Below, piece by piece: positions 26,801-39,783 of a DNA stretch of 64,000 nucleotides. Under the pieces are notes generated by a model, which ran no database searches, was not told where the DNA came from, and worked only from the letters and a program-made list of their open reading frames with translations. Every line of letters begins with the position of its first letter. Position 1 is the first letter of the stretch. The DNA is from Eledone cirrhosa (taxonomy: Eukaryota): the NCBI GenBank assembly GCA_964016885.1, contig OZ024744.1, positions 95,604,001-95,668,000 on the forward strand, in the 5' to 3' direction. The position numbers and the translations under genes are program-made.

Positions 26801-27515
26801 AAATGAACTGCAAGAGAAATTAGGCATAAGAAGGATCAGATGCAGTGTGCAGGAGAGGAGATTGTGTTGGTATAGACATGTGATGTATATGAAGGATGAC
26901 AGCTGTATAAAAAAGTGTAGAGTGCTCAAAGTTGATGGAAGCCATGGTGTAGGCAGGCTTAGGATGACTTGGGATGAAGTAATAAAAGTGGACTTTGCAT
27001 AATTACACCTCGCCAAGCGATGACACACAGGACCACGATCTCTGGTGCTATGCAGTATTACAGAAGACTCACCCTCCCACATGCACAAGCTGAGGCTGGA
27101 GCCACTATAAAAGTACCCAGTCCACACTATAAAGTGGTCGTGTAGGTGTCACGACAAACAGCACCCAGCCCACACTGTAAAGTGGTGTAGGCGTCATGAC
27201 AAAAAGCACCCAATCCAAACTGTAAAGTGGTCATGTAGGTGTCATGACAAAAGCGCCCAGCCCACACTGTAAAGTGGTGTAGGCGTCATGACAAAAAGCA
27301 CCCAATCCAAACTGTAAAGTGGTCATGTAGGTGTCACGACAAAAAGCACCCAGCACACACTGTAAATGTGGTTGGTGTTAGGAAGGGCATACAATTATAG
27401 AAACTAGCCAAAATCAGTTGTGTGAGCGAAACACGGTCATCAGACCCGAAACGCTTACAACAGGATAGCCCGTTTAACCCATGCTAGCGTGGAAAATGGA
27501 CATTAAACGATGATG
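23830..27515 (+). mobile_element. Decayed RTE LINE (APE to tail) interrupted by a solo LTR
   Basis: GDFNG, QIDF, AAGPSG, QFGF, GVHQGSVLSPLLF, finger, HGSETW and 3' tail. Confidence 0.9.
24340..25024. mobile_element. Probable solo LTR with 5-bp TSD (AACCT)
   Basis: AACCT at 24335-24339 and 25025-25029; termini TTAGC...CTACA; homologous to 6235-6804. Confidence 0.7.
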
Positions 27516-27607
27516 TAGTGCAGCAAAAGTGTAATTGTGTAGCTTCAAAATTGATCACAACTGAAAAGAAGAAAGTTCAGAAGTTACAGTATCATATTAT
27601 ATGCACG

Positions 27608-28226
27608 TATAGCTATAGTGGTTATCTTGTAGTTGCCCGCGTTAAATTATTATATTTTTTTAAATATAATTAAGTAAGAAAGTTATTAATTAAATTTCAA
27701 ATTATTTAATTTTTTTATTTTTGGTAATTTTTTTTTTTTTTTTTCAAAAATAAGTGTCTATTATACATCATAATAATGTGGTATCCAATATAGAATATTG
27801 CCGAAGATGTTTTCTTGGATAGCACAGCGCCAAAGGAACTCCAGAAGGTGAGTGCCGAAAAGTGCCTCGTTTGTTCCTCTCATGGCTCGAAATTTGACTT
27901 TGCAAAGCCCCCAGCTGCTTTCCACTCAGTTTGTGTGGATTTGTGGGGTTGGTTGGGTCCACAAAGTTGTAACGATGGTTTACAACTGTATGTTGCGGGA
28001 GGGCATTGTATGACTGCCAGTCATCGGTTACAATGCAAGTACCTGGACGAACCTAATTTATGTTTCTTATTTAATTTTCTTTAAATTATTTTAAAAGCAA
28101 AAAAAAAAAAAAAAATTAAATAATTTAAAATTTAATTAATATCTTTCTTGCTTAATTACATAAAAAAAAAAATCCCAAAAATTTAACGCGGATAAGTTCA
28201 AGATAATCGCTTTAGTTAAGCTATAA
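27608..28226 (-). mobile_element. Internally deleted Merlin (IS1595/ISXO2-like) DNA transposon
   Basis: ~110-bp inverted repeats; minus strand of ~27780-28052 reads, across frameshifts, RPGTCIVTDDWQSYN..HTVVNHRYNFVDP..HTN.VESSW..K..G..HLLEFLWR. Confidence 0.8.
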
Positions 28227-28335
28227 TCCAAATAACAACAACAAACGGTGTTTTGTTGAAGTGCTGTTTATTGTGTGACAAAGTGTAAGAACAACCTACT
28301 CTTTAGGTGAAGGTCCTGTTAGCAGACTAATCGGA

Positions 28336-28975
28336 AGTTCCTTCACTGCCGATCAGTTCAATAATCGGTCTGCAGTAAAATCTTTTCCATCAACAGTTCG
28401 CCAATACAAGCTTGCGACAAAGTTCTACACACGTGCATTTTTCGCAGGAGGTTGTTATAGCTTGGTATTGACAGCATGAATTTTAAAATGAATAAATCAT
28501 AAAGGCCATTTCAGCACTTTCTACGCTCATGGTTTAGTTCTAATGCGATTCTAGAATGTACATTAAATTCCTACTTGACTGGAGCCACTATCTCCCGAGG
28601 CTGGTTGGTGAGAACCCGCAGGGATATTGTTTTCTTGAATGCGGCCTTATTATATTAGAGAGAGAGATAAAGATCCCTAACTCCTTGTGGAATCGTAGAG
28701 GCACCGTCAGATGGCGTGTCTAGGGCACTTTTAAACCCTCTCTATGTCTGAATATAGCCGATTTTTTCTATAGAGGAAGAATCAACCCCAGTACTGGACG
28801 CCTCTCATTGTGTTGTTTCCACCTAATGGTGTGTCTTAATTTAATGCAGCCATTCAACACGAAAAGGATCCCCCACCTCTGCTGTATAACATTACCTGGA
28901 AGCTTATAAAAGACAAACTGTTGGCCTTCACTGCAGACTTATTATTGAACTGATCAGCAGTGAAGGGGCTTCCGG
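28336..28975. mobile_element. Unclassified MITE-like element
   Basis: ~45-bp imperfect inverted repeats (CTTCACTGCCGATCAGTTCAATAAT / ATTATTGAACTGATCAGCAGTGAAG). Confidence 0.5.
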
Positions 28976-29159
28976 TGAGGTTAACGTGACCTGAACTTAA
29001 TAGGTAAATCGCTCCTTCTTAACAAATCACAGTTTGTTGCTATTTCGTGTATAAAGCTATAAGAAATTCTCACTAGACGGATTTAGCAGACGAGCAATGA
29101 GTTATAGCATGAGGCTTTATAGCTGAAGAAACTAGTCATGAGTTTTTAATGGTTTCTGT

Positions 29160-29362
29160 TTTAGACACAAGACCAGTAATTTTGAGGGAGGGAAAAAGTC
29201 GATTAAATCGACTCCAGTGCATTCCTAATACTTTATTTCATTAACCCCGTAAGGATAAAAGACTAAATTAACCTCGGCAGTATTTAAACGCAGAACAAAG
29301 AGACATAACTCTATGGCTCGAAGCATATCCGACGTTCTACCTATACTGATATTCCACCGCCG
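29160..29362 (-). mobile_element. Diverged SINE family A
   Basis: Similarity to 11045-11232. Confidence 0.75.
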
Positions 29363-29619
29363 AGGTAATGAATTGGCAGTAACTCGAGCTAGGCCATCAT
29401 TTAGCAGACTACAAAATTCTCACTAAGCAGATTTAATTAGTAGTCTGTGATCAAAAGTATTTGGCAGACTAACAGTGAGTTATCGTAGGTAGGCTTTATA
29501 GCTAAAAAAAAAAAAAAGTAATTGATGAAGTTTTAATGATCTCTAATTCCAAGGATAAATATTAATAAGGAATTTGATGTTGGCGTAAATCCATATTTGC
29601 TGAAATCAATAACAATATT

Positions 29620-30470
29620 CAGAGTTAATGACTCACGCTTGGAAAATTAATGAGAATAAATCGCAAATTCGGAAGTGTTATCACGACTGGCAGGTGTAAA
29701 ATCAGTCGGCTGCAATTTGCAGACGATATGGTGTTACTTAACACGACAGATGGTGATCTCCGACTTGCACTTGATAGGTCTGATGCCGACTAGTGGATGG
29801 CTGGAATGAAAATCAGTACTGCGAAAGTGAGAAACATGCAGTGCACTCTACATGTAAATAGAGTTCCAGAGAAACACGTGGAGAAGTTCAAGTATCTCAG
29901 GGCTGTGTTTATGAGTGATGGAAGGCTGGAGGTTGAACTAAGTGCAAGAATTACTGGAGCTGGTGCAGTGATATGTCAGCTTCAGAAGAGGGGAGGTAGG
30001 TGTAAAAGCCAAACTTGCAATCTTCAATTCAGTATTTGTACCAACCCTTACCTATGGTCATAAATCTTGGACAATGACCAAAAAAATACGATCGTGAATA
30101 GAAGCGGCCAAAATAGGGTTCCTCCGAAGGTTCTTTGGAGTAACGCTACTCGATAGAGTGTGTAGCTCAGAGATCAGAAAGTCACTCCAGGTAGAGCTGT
30201 TACTTCTCTGAATTGAAAGACCACAGCTCCAATACTATGGGCATATAGTTAGAATATCTCAGTAAAGAATTGTTGGGCAGATTTTATGGGCAAAACCAAC
30301 CACCAGGAGACTCAAGGGTTGACTCCGATCAAGATGGTTCAATACCATCCATCCATGAGCTTGGCTGGTCTTGCTTGAGGATCCACCCAGATCAGTTGGA
30401 GACGGTTGCTTCTGACAAGACATGCTGGAAGAAATGTTCTGAGGACTCTGCCCCAATGACCCTCTGAGGA
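29620..30470 (+). mobile_element. RTE/BovB-like LINE 3' fragment
   Basis: LQFADDMVLL, VEKFKYL, PTLTYG and YYGHIVR remnants. Confidence 0.75.
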
Positions 30471-30631
30471 ATTGGTGTTTTGAGGGAGTCCATGGAGGCT
30501 ACAGGTACGGTGTGAGGAATGAATGAAAGGGGTGAAAGGAACTGGGAGTTTACTGATGGAGCTGAGATGTCAATCTGTAACACCCAGTTCCAGAAAGAAG
30601 ACAACAAACTTATTAAGTACACATTAGTTGG

Positions 30632-32709
30632 GTTGTCAACTGTTGACTACCTGATGGTATATGGGCAAGATAGGAGGTACCTTTGTAATACAATGGTAAT
30701 CCCAGGTGTGCAAGGTGTTACACAATACCATTTAGTTGTCAACTGTTGACTACCTGATGGTATATGGGCAAGATAGAAGGTACCTTTGTAATACAATGGT
30801 AATCCCAGGTGTGCAAGGTGTTACACAATACCATTTAGTTGTCAACTGTTGACTACCTGATGGTATATGGGCAAGATAGGAGGTACCTTTGTAATACAAT
30901 GGTAATCCCAGGTGTGCAAGGTGTTACACAATACCATTTAGTTGTCAACTGTGGACTACCTGATGGTATATGGGCAAGATAGGAGGTACCTTTGTAATAC
31001 AATGGTAATCCCAGGTGTGCAAGGTGTTACACAATACCATTTAGTTGTCAACTGTGGACTACCTGATGGTATATGGGCAAGATAGGAGGTACCTTTGTAA
31101 TACAATGGTAATCCCAGGTGTGCAAGGTGTTACACAATACCATTTAGTTGTCAACTGTTGACTACCTGATGGTATATGGGCAAGATAGAAGGTACCTTTG
31201 TAATACAATGGTAATCCCAGGTGTGCAAGGTGTTACACAATACCATTTAGTTGTCAACTGTTGACTACCTGATGGTATATGGGCAAGATAGGAGGTACCT
31301 TTGTAATACAATGGTAATCCCAGGTGTGCAAGGTGTTACACAATACCATTTAGTTGTCAACTGTTGACTACCTGATGGTATATGGGCAAGATAGAAGGTA
31401 CCTTTGTCATACAATGTAATCCCAGGTGTGCAAGGTGTTACACAATACCATTTAGTTGTCAACTATGGACTACCTGATGGTATATGGGCAAGATAGGAGG
31501 TACCTTTGTAATACAATGGTAATCCCAGGTGTGCAAGGTGTTACACAATACCATTTAGTTGTCAACTGTGGACTACCTGATGGTATATGGGCAAGATAGG
31601 AGGTACCTTTGTAATACAATGGTAATCCCAGGTGTGCAAGGTGTTACACAATACCATTTAGTTGTCAACTGTTGACTACCTGATGGTATATGGGCAAGAT
31701 AGAAGGTACCTTTATAATACAATGGTAATCCCAGGTGTGCAAGGTGTTACACAATACTACTTAGTTGTCAACTGTTGACTACCTGATGGTATATGGGCAA
31801 GATAGGAGGTACCTTTGTAATACAATGGTAATCCCAGGTGTGCAAGGTGTTACACAATACTACTTAGTTGTCAACTGTTGACTACCTGATGGTATATGGG
31901 CAAGATAGGAGGTACCTTTGTAATACAATGGTAATCCCAGGTGTGCAAGGTGTTACACAATACCATTTAGTTGTCAACTGTGGACTACCTGATGGTATAT
32001 GGGCAAGATAGGAGGTACCTTTGTAATACAATGGTAATCCCAGGTGTGCAAGGTGTTACACAATACCATTTAGTTGTCAACTGTTGACTACCTGATGGTA
32101 TATGGGCAAGATAGAAGGTACCTTTATAATACAATGGTAATCCCAGGTGTGCAAGGTGTTACACAATACCATTTAGTTGTCAACTGTGGACTACCTGATG
32201 GTATATGGGCAAGATAGGAGGAGCCTTTATAATACAATGGTAATCCCAGGTGTGCAAGGTGTTACACAATACCATTTAGTTGTCAACTGTTGACTACCTG
32301 ATGGTATATGGGCAAGATAGGAGGTACCTTTGTAATACAATGGTAATCCCAGGTGTGCAAGGTGTTACACAATACCATTTAGTTGTCAACTGTTGACTAC
32401 CTGGTGGTATATGGGCAAGATAGGAGGTACCTTTGTAATACAATGGTAATCCCAGGTGTGCAAGGTGTTACACAATACCATTTAGTTGTCAACTGTGGAC
32501 TACCTGATGGTATATGGGCAAGATAGGAGGTACCTTTGTCATACAATGGTAATCCCAGGTGTGCAAGGTGTTACACAATACCATTTAGTTGTCAACTGTT
32601 GACTACCTGATGGTATATGGGTAAGATAGGAGGAGCCTTTGGTAATCCCAGGGATGTGTGGACTACCTGATGGTATATGGGTAAGATAGAAGGTACCTTT
32701 GTAATACAA
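30632..32709. repeat. Minisatellite, 103-bp unit, ~19-20 copies, derived from a LINE endonuclease fragment
   Basis: GTTGTCAACTG recurs at 30632, 30735, 30838 and onward; ORF 30519-30749 is APE-like. Confidence 0.95.
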
Positions 32710-32814
32710 AGTGAGATGTAGTCCCAGGGAAAGAGTGGTGTGCTAATGAAGAGGGGAGTGTTGTTTAAACGGAAGAGAAAGGTGTATGGTGCATATTACA
32801 CAGTTTTTGTATAA

Positions 32815-32970
32815 TAATTGTTTCTACTTTTGGCACAAGGCCAGCAATTATTCCAGTACATTACTGGTGCTTTATTTTATCGACCCCGTAAGGCAAAGTT
32901 AACCTTGGCAGGATTTGAACTCAGACCACAAAGGGCCGTAACTCTATGCTGCGAAGCATGGCGTCTGACC
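32815..32970 (-). mobile_element. SINE family A
   Basis: B box and shared core. Confidence 0.75.
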
Positions 32971-33064
32971 ATCTGCTTATTTAATCTTTTCTTGTGACAA
33001 TATTTCTAATGAAATACACTATATTTCAATTAATTAATGAAGAATTTGGACCCACTAAAATTAT

Positions 33065-33328
33065 TAACGATTCATGTGATGCACATGGATGATGATTGCT
33101 ATGTGAAGAAGTGCCAGGAAATCCCAGTGGAAGGGAGCTGCAGTATAGGTAGACCAAGGAAGACCTGGGCAGATTTGGTGAGAGCTGATCTCAAATCGCT
33201 GATAATTCACAGAGGAGATGATGAAGGAGGGTGACAAGTGGGAGATGCTGTGCTGAAAAGGACCCATCCAACCCATGCAAGCATGGAAAAACGGATGTAA
33301 AAACATTGATGATGTTGATGATAATGAT
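33065..33328 (+). mobile_element. RTE 3' end
   Basis: HVMHM...GRPRKTW followed by a GAT-rich tail. Confidence 0.75.
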
Positions 33329-33937
33329 TCAATAATCAAGATGGTATTTATAATAACTTAAATTAAAGGTTACTATATCAAATTATAGGCAGTGAATTGG
33401 CCGAGTCATTAGAACATCAGATAGAATGCTTTGCAGTATTCATTTTGACTCTGCTTTCTGAGTTGAAATCTTGCCAAGGTCAACTTTGCCTCTCATCCAT
33501 TTAAGGTTGATAAAAAAAAGTACTAGTTTCGTACTGTGGTGAATTCTTCCTCTAATATCTCTTTCACACTTCCTCTCTCTCTCACTGTCTATCCTTCTTT
33601 GGAAGAAATCTGTTGTACTCAGACCTGGAAAGATGGTCTCTGCTAGGTTTACAAAATGCCCTAGAAACGCCATATGTTAATATGATACCCCTTCGACTTT
33701 CTCGGGAATTACAGGACCATGCATGTATGCATATCAAATTACATTGGAAGATTTTTACTTAGATAATAACCCTTTAAAATGATTGGTTTTGTTTCATAGA
33801 ACCAGGGGTAGTTTTGGGTGTGTTGGTATCAAATGATTTACTATAGTAGGAACGTTAGTAATGGTGTTTCTCTAACTTATAACACTTTCTAGCTTTAGCA
33901 CAAGGCCTGCGATTTGGAGGAAGGGAAAATTCGATAC

Positions 33938-34700
33938 TAATAATAATAATAATGAAATTATTGTGTACAGTGCTCAGGTGCACTACAACTCATCAAAGGT
34001 GCATGTATAGTACATAGAATAATGTACAAATGTCAGTCAGGAAAGTGAACAGTATGAGTCATGATATACATGTGTGCGTATGTATGGAAGGGGAATATTA
34101 GGTGTAGTGTTGGTGAATCTCAGGAAGCATGGAGGTTTTAAAGGATGCAGTGTCTCGGCAGCTAACAACTGATGCAGGGAGTTTGTTCCATTCTTCAGCA
34201 ACTCTGAGCATGAAAAAATGTTTCCGAAAGTCATGGGAGCTGTGCTGTTTTCTGACTTTGTAAGCATGCCCACATGTGTTAGACACATGGAAATCAAAAA
34301 GGTGCTCAGGGTTGTTGTTGGCAACGTGATTAATAATTTTGTGGGTGTTTACCAAGTCAGTTGCCAGACGTCGGAGCTTCAATGTATCCATGCCCATGGA
34401 AGCAAGGTGTTCAGAGTATGGTAGACACCTGGTGAAGGGTATTCACTTGGTTGTACATCTCTGAACAGTTTCCAGGAGCAATATAGGGGTTCCAGATTGG
34501 TGATGCAAATTCTAAGTGTGGCAGCGCCATAGCTATATACAGCTTTAAATAGATAGCTGGAGAGCGGCTGACAAAGGTCTTGCTGAGTGATGTTAAGAGA
34601 CCCTTGGCCTTCTTGACAATTTTAGAGATGTGCTTTATTCAACGCAAATCACTGCTGACAGTAATGCCCAGATCACGTTCACAAGGAGACTTCTTGATAT
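33938..34700 (-). mobile_element. CR1-clade LINE 3' end
   Basis: LKLRRLATDL...CGHAYKV...RKHFFMLRVAEEWNKLP (ORF 34098-34397); (ATT)n tail. Confidence 0.88.
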
Positions 34701-34719
34701 TAGTATTATATTGAGCATA

Positions 34720-35296
34720 AGAGGAATCAAATGTTGTGTGGCAGGAGAAGAGATTGCGTTGGTATGGACATTTGATGCGTATGAAGGATGACAGCTGCAT
34801 AAGTGCAGAACACTAAAAGCCGATGGAAACCTTGGAGTGGGGAGGCCCAAGAAGACCTGGGATGAGGTGATAAAAGCTGACCTTGCCCTATTACACCTCT
34901 CAAAGGTGATGACACAGGACCGTGACCTCTGGCGTCACACAGTAATACAGAAGACCCGACTTCCCACGGGAACAAACCGAAGCTGAAGCATATAGACAAT
35001 ATGCCCTCATCCCCTCCTACTGCAAAGTGGTCGTGGAGGTGCCACGGCAAAAAAGCACCCAGCCCATACAGTAAAGTGGACGTGTAGGCGCCACGGTAAC
35101 AAAGCACCCAGTACTCACTGTAAATGAGGTTGGTGTTAGGAAGGGCATCCAGCTGTAGAAATCAAGCCAAAATCAGTTTCCATATGAGCAAGACATGGTC
35201 ACCTGACCTATCATTGCCCACAACAGGACAACCTGTCTAACCCATGCTAGCGTAGAAGAATGGACGTAAAACGGTGATGATGATGATGATGATGAT
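34720..35296 (+). mobile_element. RTE 3' end with tail
   Basis: RRLRWYGHLMRM, GRPKKTW, 3' UTR and (GAT)n. Confidence 0.85.
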
Positions 35297-35454
35297 CCTA
35301 GTACTTAACTGGAATTTTATGTTATCGATCCTGGAAGGATGAAAGGCAAAGTTGATCTCAGCAAGATATGAACTCAGAATGTAGAAAGCTGTAATTTATT
35401 ACATTGATAAGATATATACATAAATATCATAACAAATATAAAATTATGAACAAA

Positions 35455-36003
35455 TTATAGAGGCCACAGTTTCTAGAATAAGGACAGGTTGGAAGAAGTT
35501 TAGGGGCTGCTTCCTCTGTTGACAAAGAAGGGTTTCTCACTACAAACGAAAGCTCGGTTATATGATGCTTGTGTGAGATGTGAAATGCTGCATGGTAGTG
35601 AGACATTGGCAGCAACTGCGGAGGATATACAAAAGCAGGAGAGAAATGAAGCAAGCATGCTCTGTTGGATGTGCAGTGTCAATGTGCATGAACGACCAGG
35701 CATGGATGAGTTGAGAGAGAAACTGTGTATAAGAGGGATAAGTTGTGGTGTGCAGGAGAGAAGACTGCGTTGGTATGGACATGTGATGCGCATGGAGGAT
35801 GACTGCTGAGTAAAGAACTGCCAAGAAATCCCAGTAGAAGGAAGACCACAAAAATCATGGGCGGAGGTGGTGAGAGCTGACCTCAGATCGTTGAAGTTCA
35901 GAGGAGTCGATGAAGGACCATGATGAATGAAGAGATGCTGTGCTGAATAAGACCTGTCCCACCCTTGCAAGCAGGGAAAAGTGGACGTAAAATGATGATG
36001 ATG
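35455..36003 (+). mobile_element. RTE 3' end
   Basis: ORF 35519-35809 with LHGSET and RRLRWYGHV; (GAT)n tail. Confidence 0.85.
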
Positions 36004-36645
36004 AAGGGGGTGGGAGCAATTCACTACCAGGTGCAACAATTGGCAACACCTCACAACTTGGGGGTTAATTGTACACTTTCAGGCAAGCCAACACTTGCAG
36101 CATTACCACAGGTGATGGCAAGGCTAAGGTGCTGAAATAACCAGGCTCCCTCACAGGCATCGCCTGACACCTCAGTAAAGCGAGCTGCCAGTGAAAACAA
36201 GAACTTCGCTGAGCGGCCCAACTCCATATTGTCAGATACTTTACCATTGATACTGCCGATCCATTACTCTAGAAGCAAAGTATATGTTTTTATGAATCTT
36301 CATCTTCTTTGTTCACGTATTCCTGAAAGGGTCGTGGAGGCAGAGTCCTCAAACACCCTTCCAGCAGGTCCTGTCTCAGATGCAACTGTCTCCAATTGAT
36401 CTGGCTAACTGGACCCCTAAGTGAGACCAGCTGAGCTTATGGATGTTGTCCAACCATTTTGTTCGGGGTGTCTACCTCCTGGGTCTCCTGCCTCGCATAT
36501 TTAATTAAATATATATAAACAAACTACGATGCAGTTTGTACTTTATGAAAGTTCTAAAGGAATGGTTGACCGAATCTTCAGTAATCAAAAAACAAAGAAC
36601 CACAAATGCTTCCAAATTATTTATAAAAAAAAAAAAATATATATA

Positions 36646-37498
36646 TCTATATATCTAAAACAGAGAATATATGTCTGTCTCCCTAAAACTCGAGAACCAC
36701 CCAACCGATTTTTTTCAAACTTTACACATGTAATACTTATGGTCGTATGAGTGTTTTGAGCAAAAAATATTTCAAATAAATTTTCAATGCCCTAGGGCCC
36801 ACATTAGGTGAAAAACCGCATATTTTAGGCTTTAAAGGCTTTTATCAGGCACAACGGAACAATAATCCAGGCGATTTCTTAAACATTTGCATTACTTATG
36901 TCGTTTAAAGTGTTTTGAGCAAAAAAGATTTTCTCATTTTTTGCCCCAGGGACCGCAGTAGGCGAAAAACCTATTTTTTGAAGCATTTTGGTTGCATTAG
37001 GACCTGTAACTCGAGAAGTACCCAACCAATTTTTTTAAAACTTTGCATGTGCATTACTTATGTTTCACAAATTTTCTTGACTGAAAAAGATTTCAAATCT
37101 TTGCCCGGAGACTGCATTGTTTAGCATTTTGGTTGCATTAGGGCCTGTAACCTTAAAAGTATCCAACTAAATTCCTTCATGCTCTCCACCACTACAGTCC
37201 CACATGCTTACTGCTCTGTAACTATTACTTTCATTGTACCATAGCACAACAAATACATGTTCGGTTTGTCGAATGCCTATTTTACTTAACCCTATCGTCT
37301 TGGCTTTACATTTTACACTCAGGCAGCCAATTAAGTTAAACCCCTGGTAATCTACGACAAATTTTTTTTATAAGCACAAAATGTAAACACCATCAACAGG
37401 CCGAGGTATTCTGTACTTCTCTATACTGTTTCAGAAATGAGGGATAAACATGCCAATCTATGTTTAGAATCATGAGCAACGCTGGGCCATTCTGCTAG
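36646..37498 (+). mobile_element. Non-autonomous Helitron-like element
   Basis: 5' TCTATATATCTAAAA...AACCGATTT, internal subrepeats, and 3' ...GGCCATTCTG-CTAG|T as at 17259. Confidence 0.7.
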
Positions 37499-37563
37499 TA
37501 TATATATAAAAGAAAAAAACTCAAACAAAATGTGTTCAGAAATAGTTTTTTTTTCCAGATCTA

Positions 37564-37755
37564 CTGTATTCCCCGTCGTCGAATATGCTTCTCCCTCAAG
37601 GACTCTCCCCAATTTTGACAACCAGATATTAAAAAAAAAAAAATAATAATAATAATAAACATAAAAATAAGGTCCCGCCATGATAAGATTTTTGAGACTT
37701 ATTTTAGAGGGTGGGTGGGGGGTGGATATGGTGGCTTCGACGTTGGGAAATACGG
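37564..37755. mobile_element. Tc1/mariner-pogo type MITE
   Basis: TA|CTGTATTCCCCGTCGTCGAA ... TTCGACGTTGGGAAATACGG|TA. Confidence 0.75.
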
Positions 37756-38470
37756 TAATACTATTTTATGCATTCACTCCAGTTTAATTATATATTTATT
37801 TCTAAATATAAACATTAATCAGAGGCAATGTTGAAGTTGAGGACATTGTCGTCTAGGAGAAGGAAAACATAAAAAAACAAACAAATGACTGGCTGGCAGA
37901 CGACCATTCAACCACAACATCGTTAACCAAATCAAGGCCATCAACTACAAGTAGACAGGGTTGGGAGAGATAGATAGATAGAGACAGAGAGAAAGAGAGA
38001 GGTATATGGAGAGAAAGGGGAGTTTGTTACAATGTAAGTTTAATGTAAGGTTAAAGAAGATATTTTTAGAACACACGGACAAAAGGAGGAAAAGAAATAA
38101 AAAGGAAGAAACTGAGTCAGCTAGGTTAGACAGTTGGTTGGTTGACTGGCTGGTTTGATGGAAATACAGACATCCCGAGAGACACAGACCTAGCTACATA
38201 GTGGAATAGATGAATGAATGGCTGACTGGAAGGCTGGTTTGATGGAAATACAGACATCCAGAGAGACACAGACCTAGCTACAAAGTGGAATAGATGAATG
38301 AATGGCTGACTGGAAGGCTGGTTGGCTGGATGGTTTGATGGACAGATAGACACAGACCTAGCTAGATAGTTGAATGGATAGATGGATGGATGGATGACTG
38401 GCTGGGCAGACAGACAGATAGATAGTGGATAGATGAACAGTTGGACGGATTGATGAATGGATGGACAGCT

Positions 38471-39657
38471 AGCCAGATAGACATACGGCTAGCTAGAGAG
38501 TAGGACTTATGGTTGGATGGATAGAGGGCTAGCCAGATAGACATACAGCTAGTTAGACAGTGGGATAGATGGTTGAATGGTTGGATAGCTAGCCAGGTAG
38601 ACATACAGCTAGTTAGACAGTGGGATAGATGGTTGAATGGTTGGATAGCTAGCCAGATAGACATACAGCTAGTTAGATAGTGGGATAGATGGTTGAATGG
38701 TTGGACAGCTAGCCAGGTAGACATACAGCTAGTTAGACAGTGGGATAGATGGTTGAATGGTTGGATAGCTAGCCAGATAGACATACAGCTAGTTAGATAG
38801 TGGGATAGATGGTTGAATGGTTGGACAGCTAGCCAGGTAGACATACAGCTAGTTAGATAGTGGGATAGATGGTTGAATGGTTGGACAGCTAGCCAGATAG
38901 ACATACAGCTAGTTAGATAGTGGGATAGATGGTTGAATGGTTGGACAGCTAGCCAGGTAGACATACAGCTAGTTAGATAGTGGGATAGATGGTTGAATGG
39001 TTGGACAGCTAGCCAGGTAGACATACAGCTAGTTAGATAGTGGGATAGATGGTTGAATGGTTGGACAGCTAGCCAGATAGACATACAGCTAGTTAGATAG
39101 TGGGATAGATGGTTGAATGGTTGGACAGCTAGCCAGATAGACATACAGCTAGTTAGATAGTGGGATAGATGGTTGAATGGTTGGACAGCTAGCCAGATAG
39201 ACATACAGCTAGTTAGATAGTGGGATAGATGGTTGAATGGTTGGACAGCTAGCCATGTAGACATACAGCTAGTTAGATAGTGGGATAGATGGTTGAATGG
39301 TTGGACAGCTAGCCAGGTAGACATACAGCTAGTTAGATAGTGGGATAGATGGTTGAATGGTTGGACAGCTAGCCAGATAGACATACAGCTAGTTAGATAG
39401 TGGGATAGATGGTTGAATGGTTGGACAGCTAGCCAGGTAGACATACAGCTAGTTAGATAGTGGGATAGATGGTTGAATGGTTGGACAGCTAGCCAGATAG
39501 ACATACAGCTAGTTAGATAGTGGGATAGATGGTTGAATGGTTGGACAGCTAGCCAGATAGACATACAGCTAGTTAGATAGTGGGATAGATGGTTGAATGG
39601 TTGGACAGCTAGCCAGATAGACATACAGCTAGTTAGATAGTGGGATAGATGGTTAAA
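38471..39657. repeat. Minisatellite, 60-bp unit, ~20 copies
   Basis: Near-identical units in register with the 60-nt lines; derived from GATA/GGAT-type repeats. Confidence 0.97.
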
Positions 39658-39783
39658 TGGATAGTGGGTCAGCCAGCCAGCTAGAAAGAATGGATAGATA
39701 GATGGAATGGATGGTTAGAAAAACATTTAAATGACAGATAGACAAACAGTAAGCGAGCTAGATAGATAGTAGACAGCTATATA

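Noticed and set aside
38362-39624. 420-aa ORF
   Set aside because: It is the translation of a 60-bp tandem repeat, with no domain or gene context
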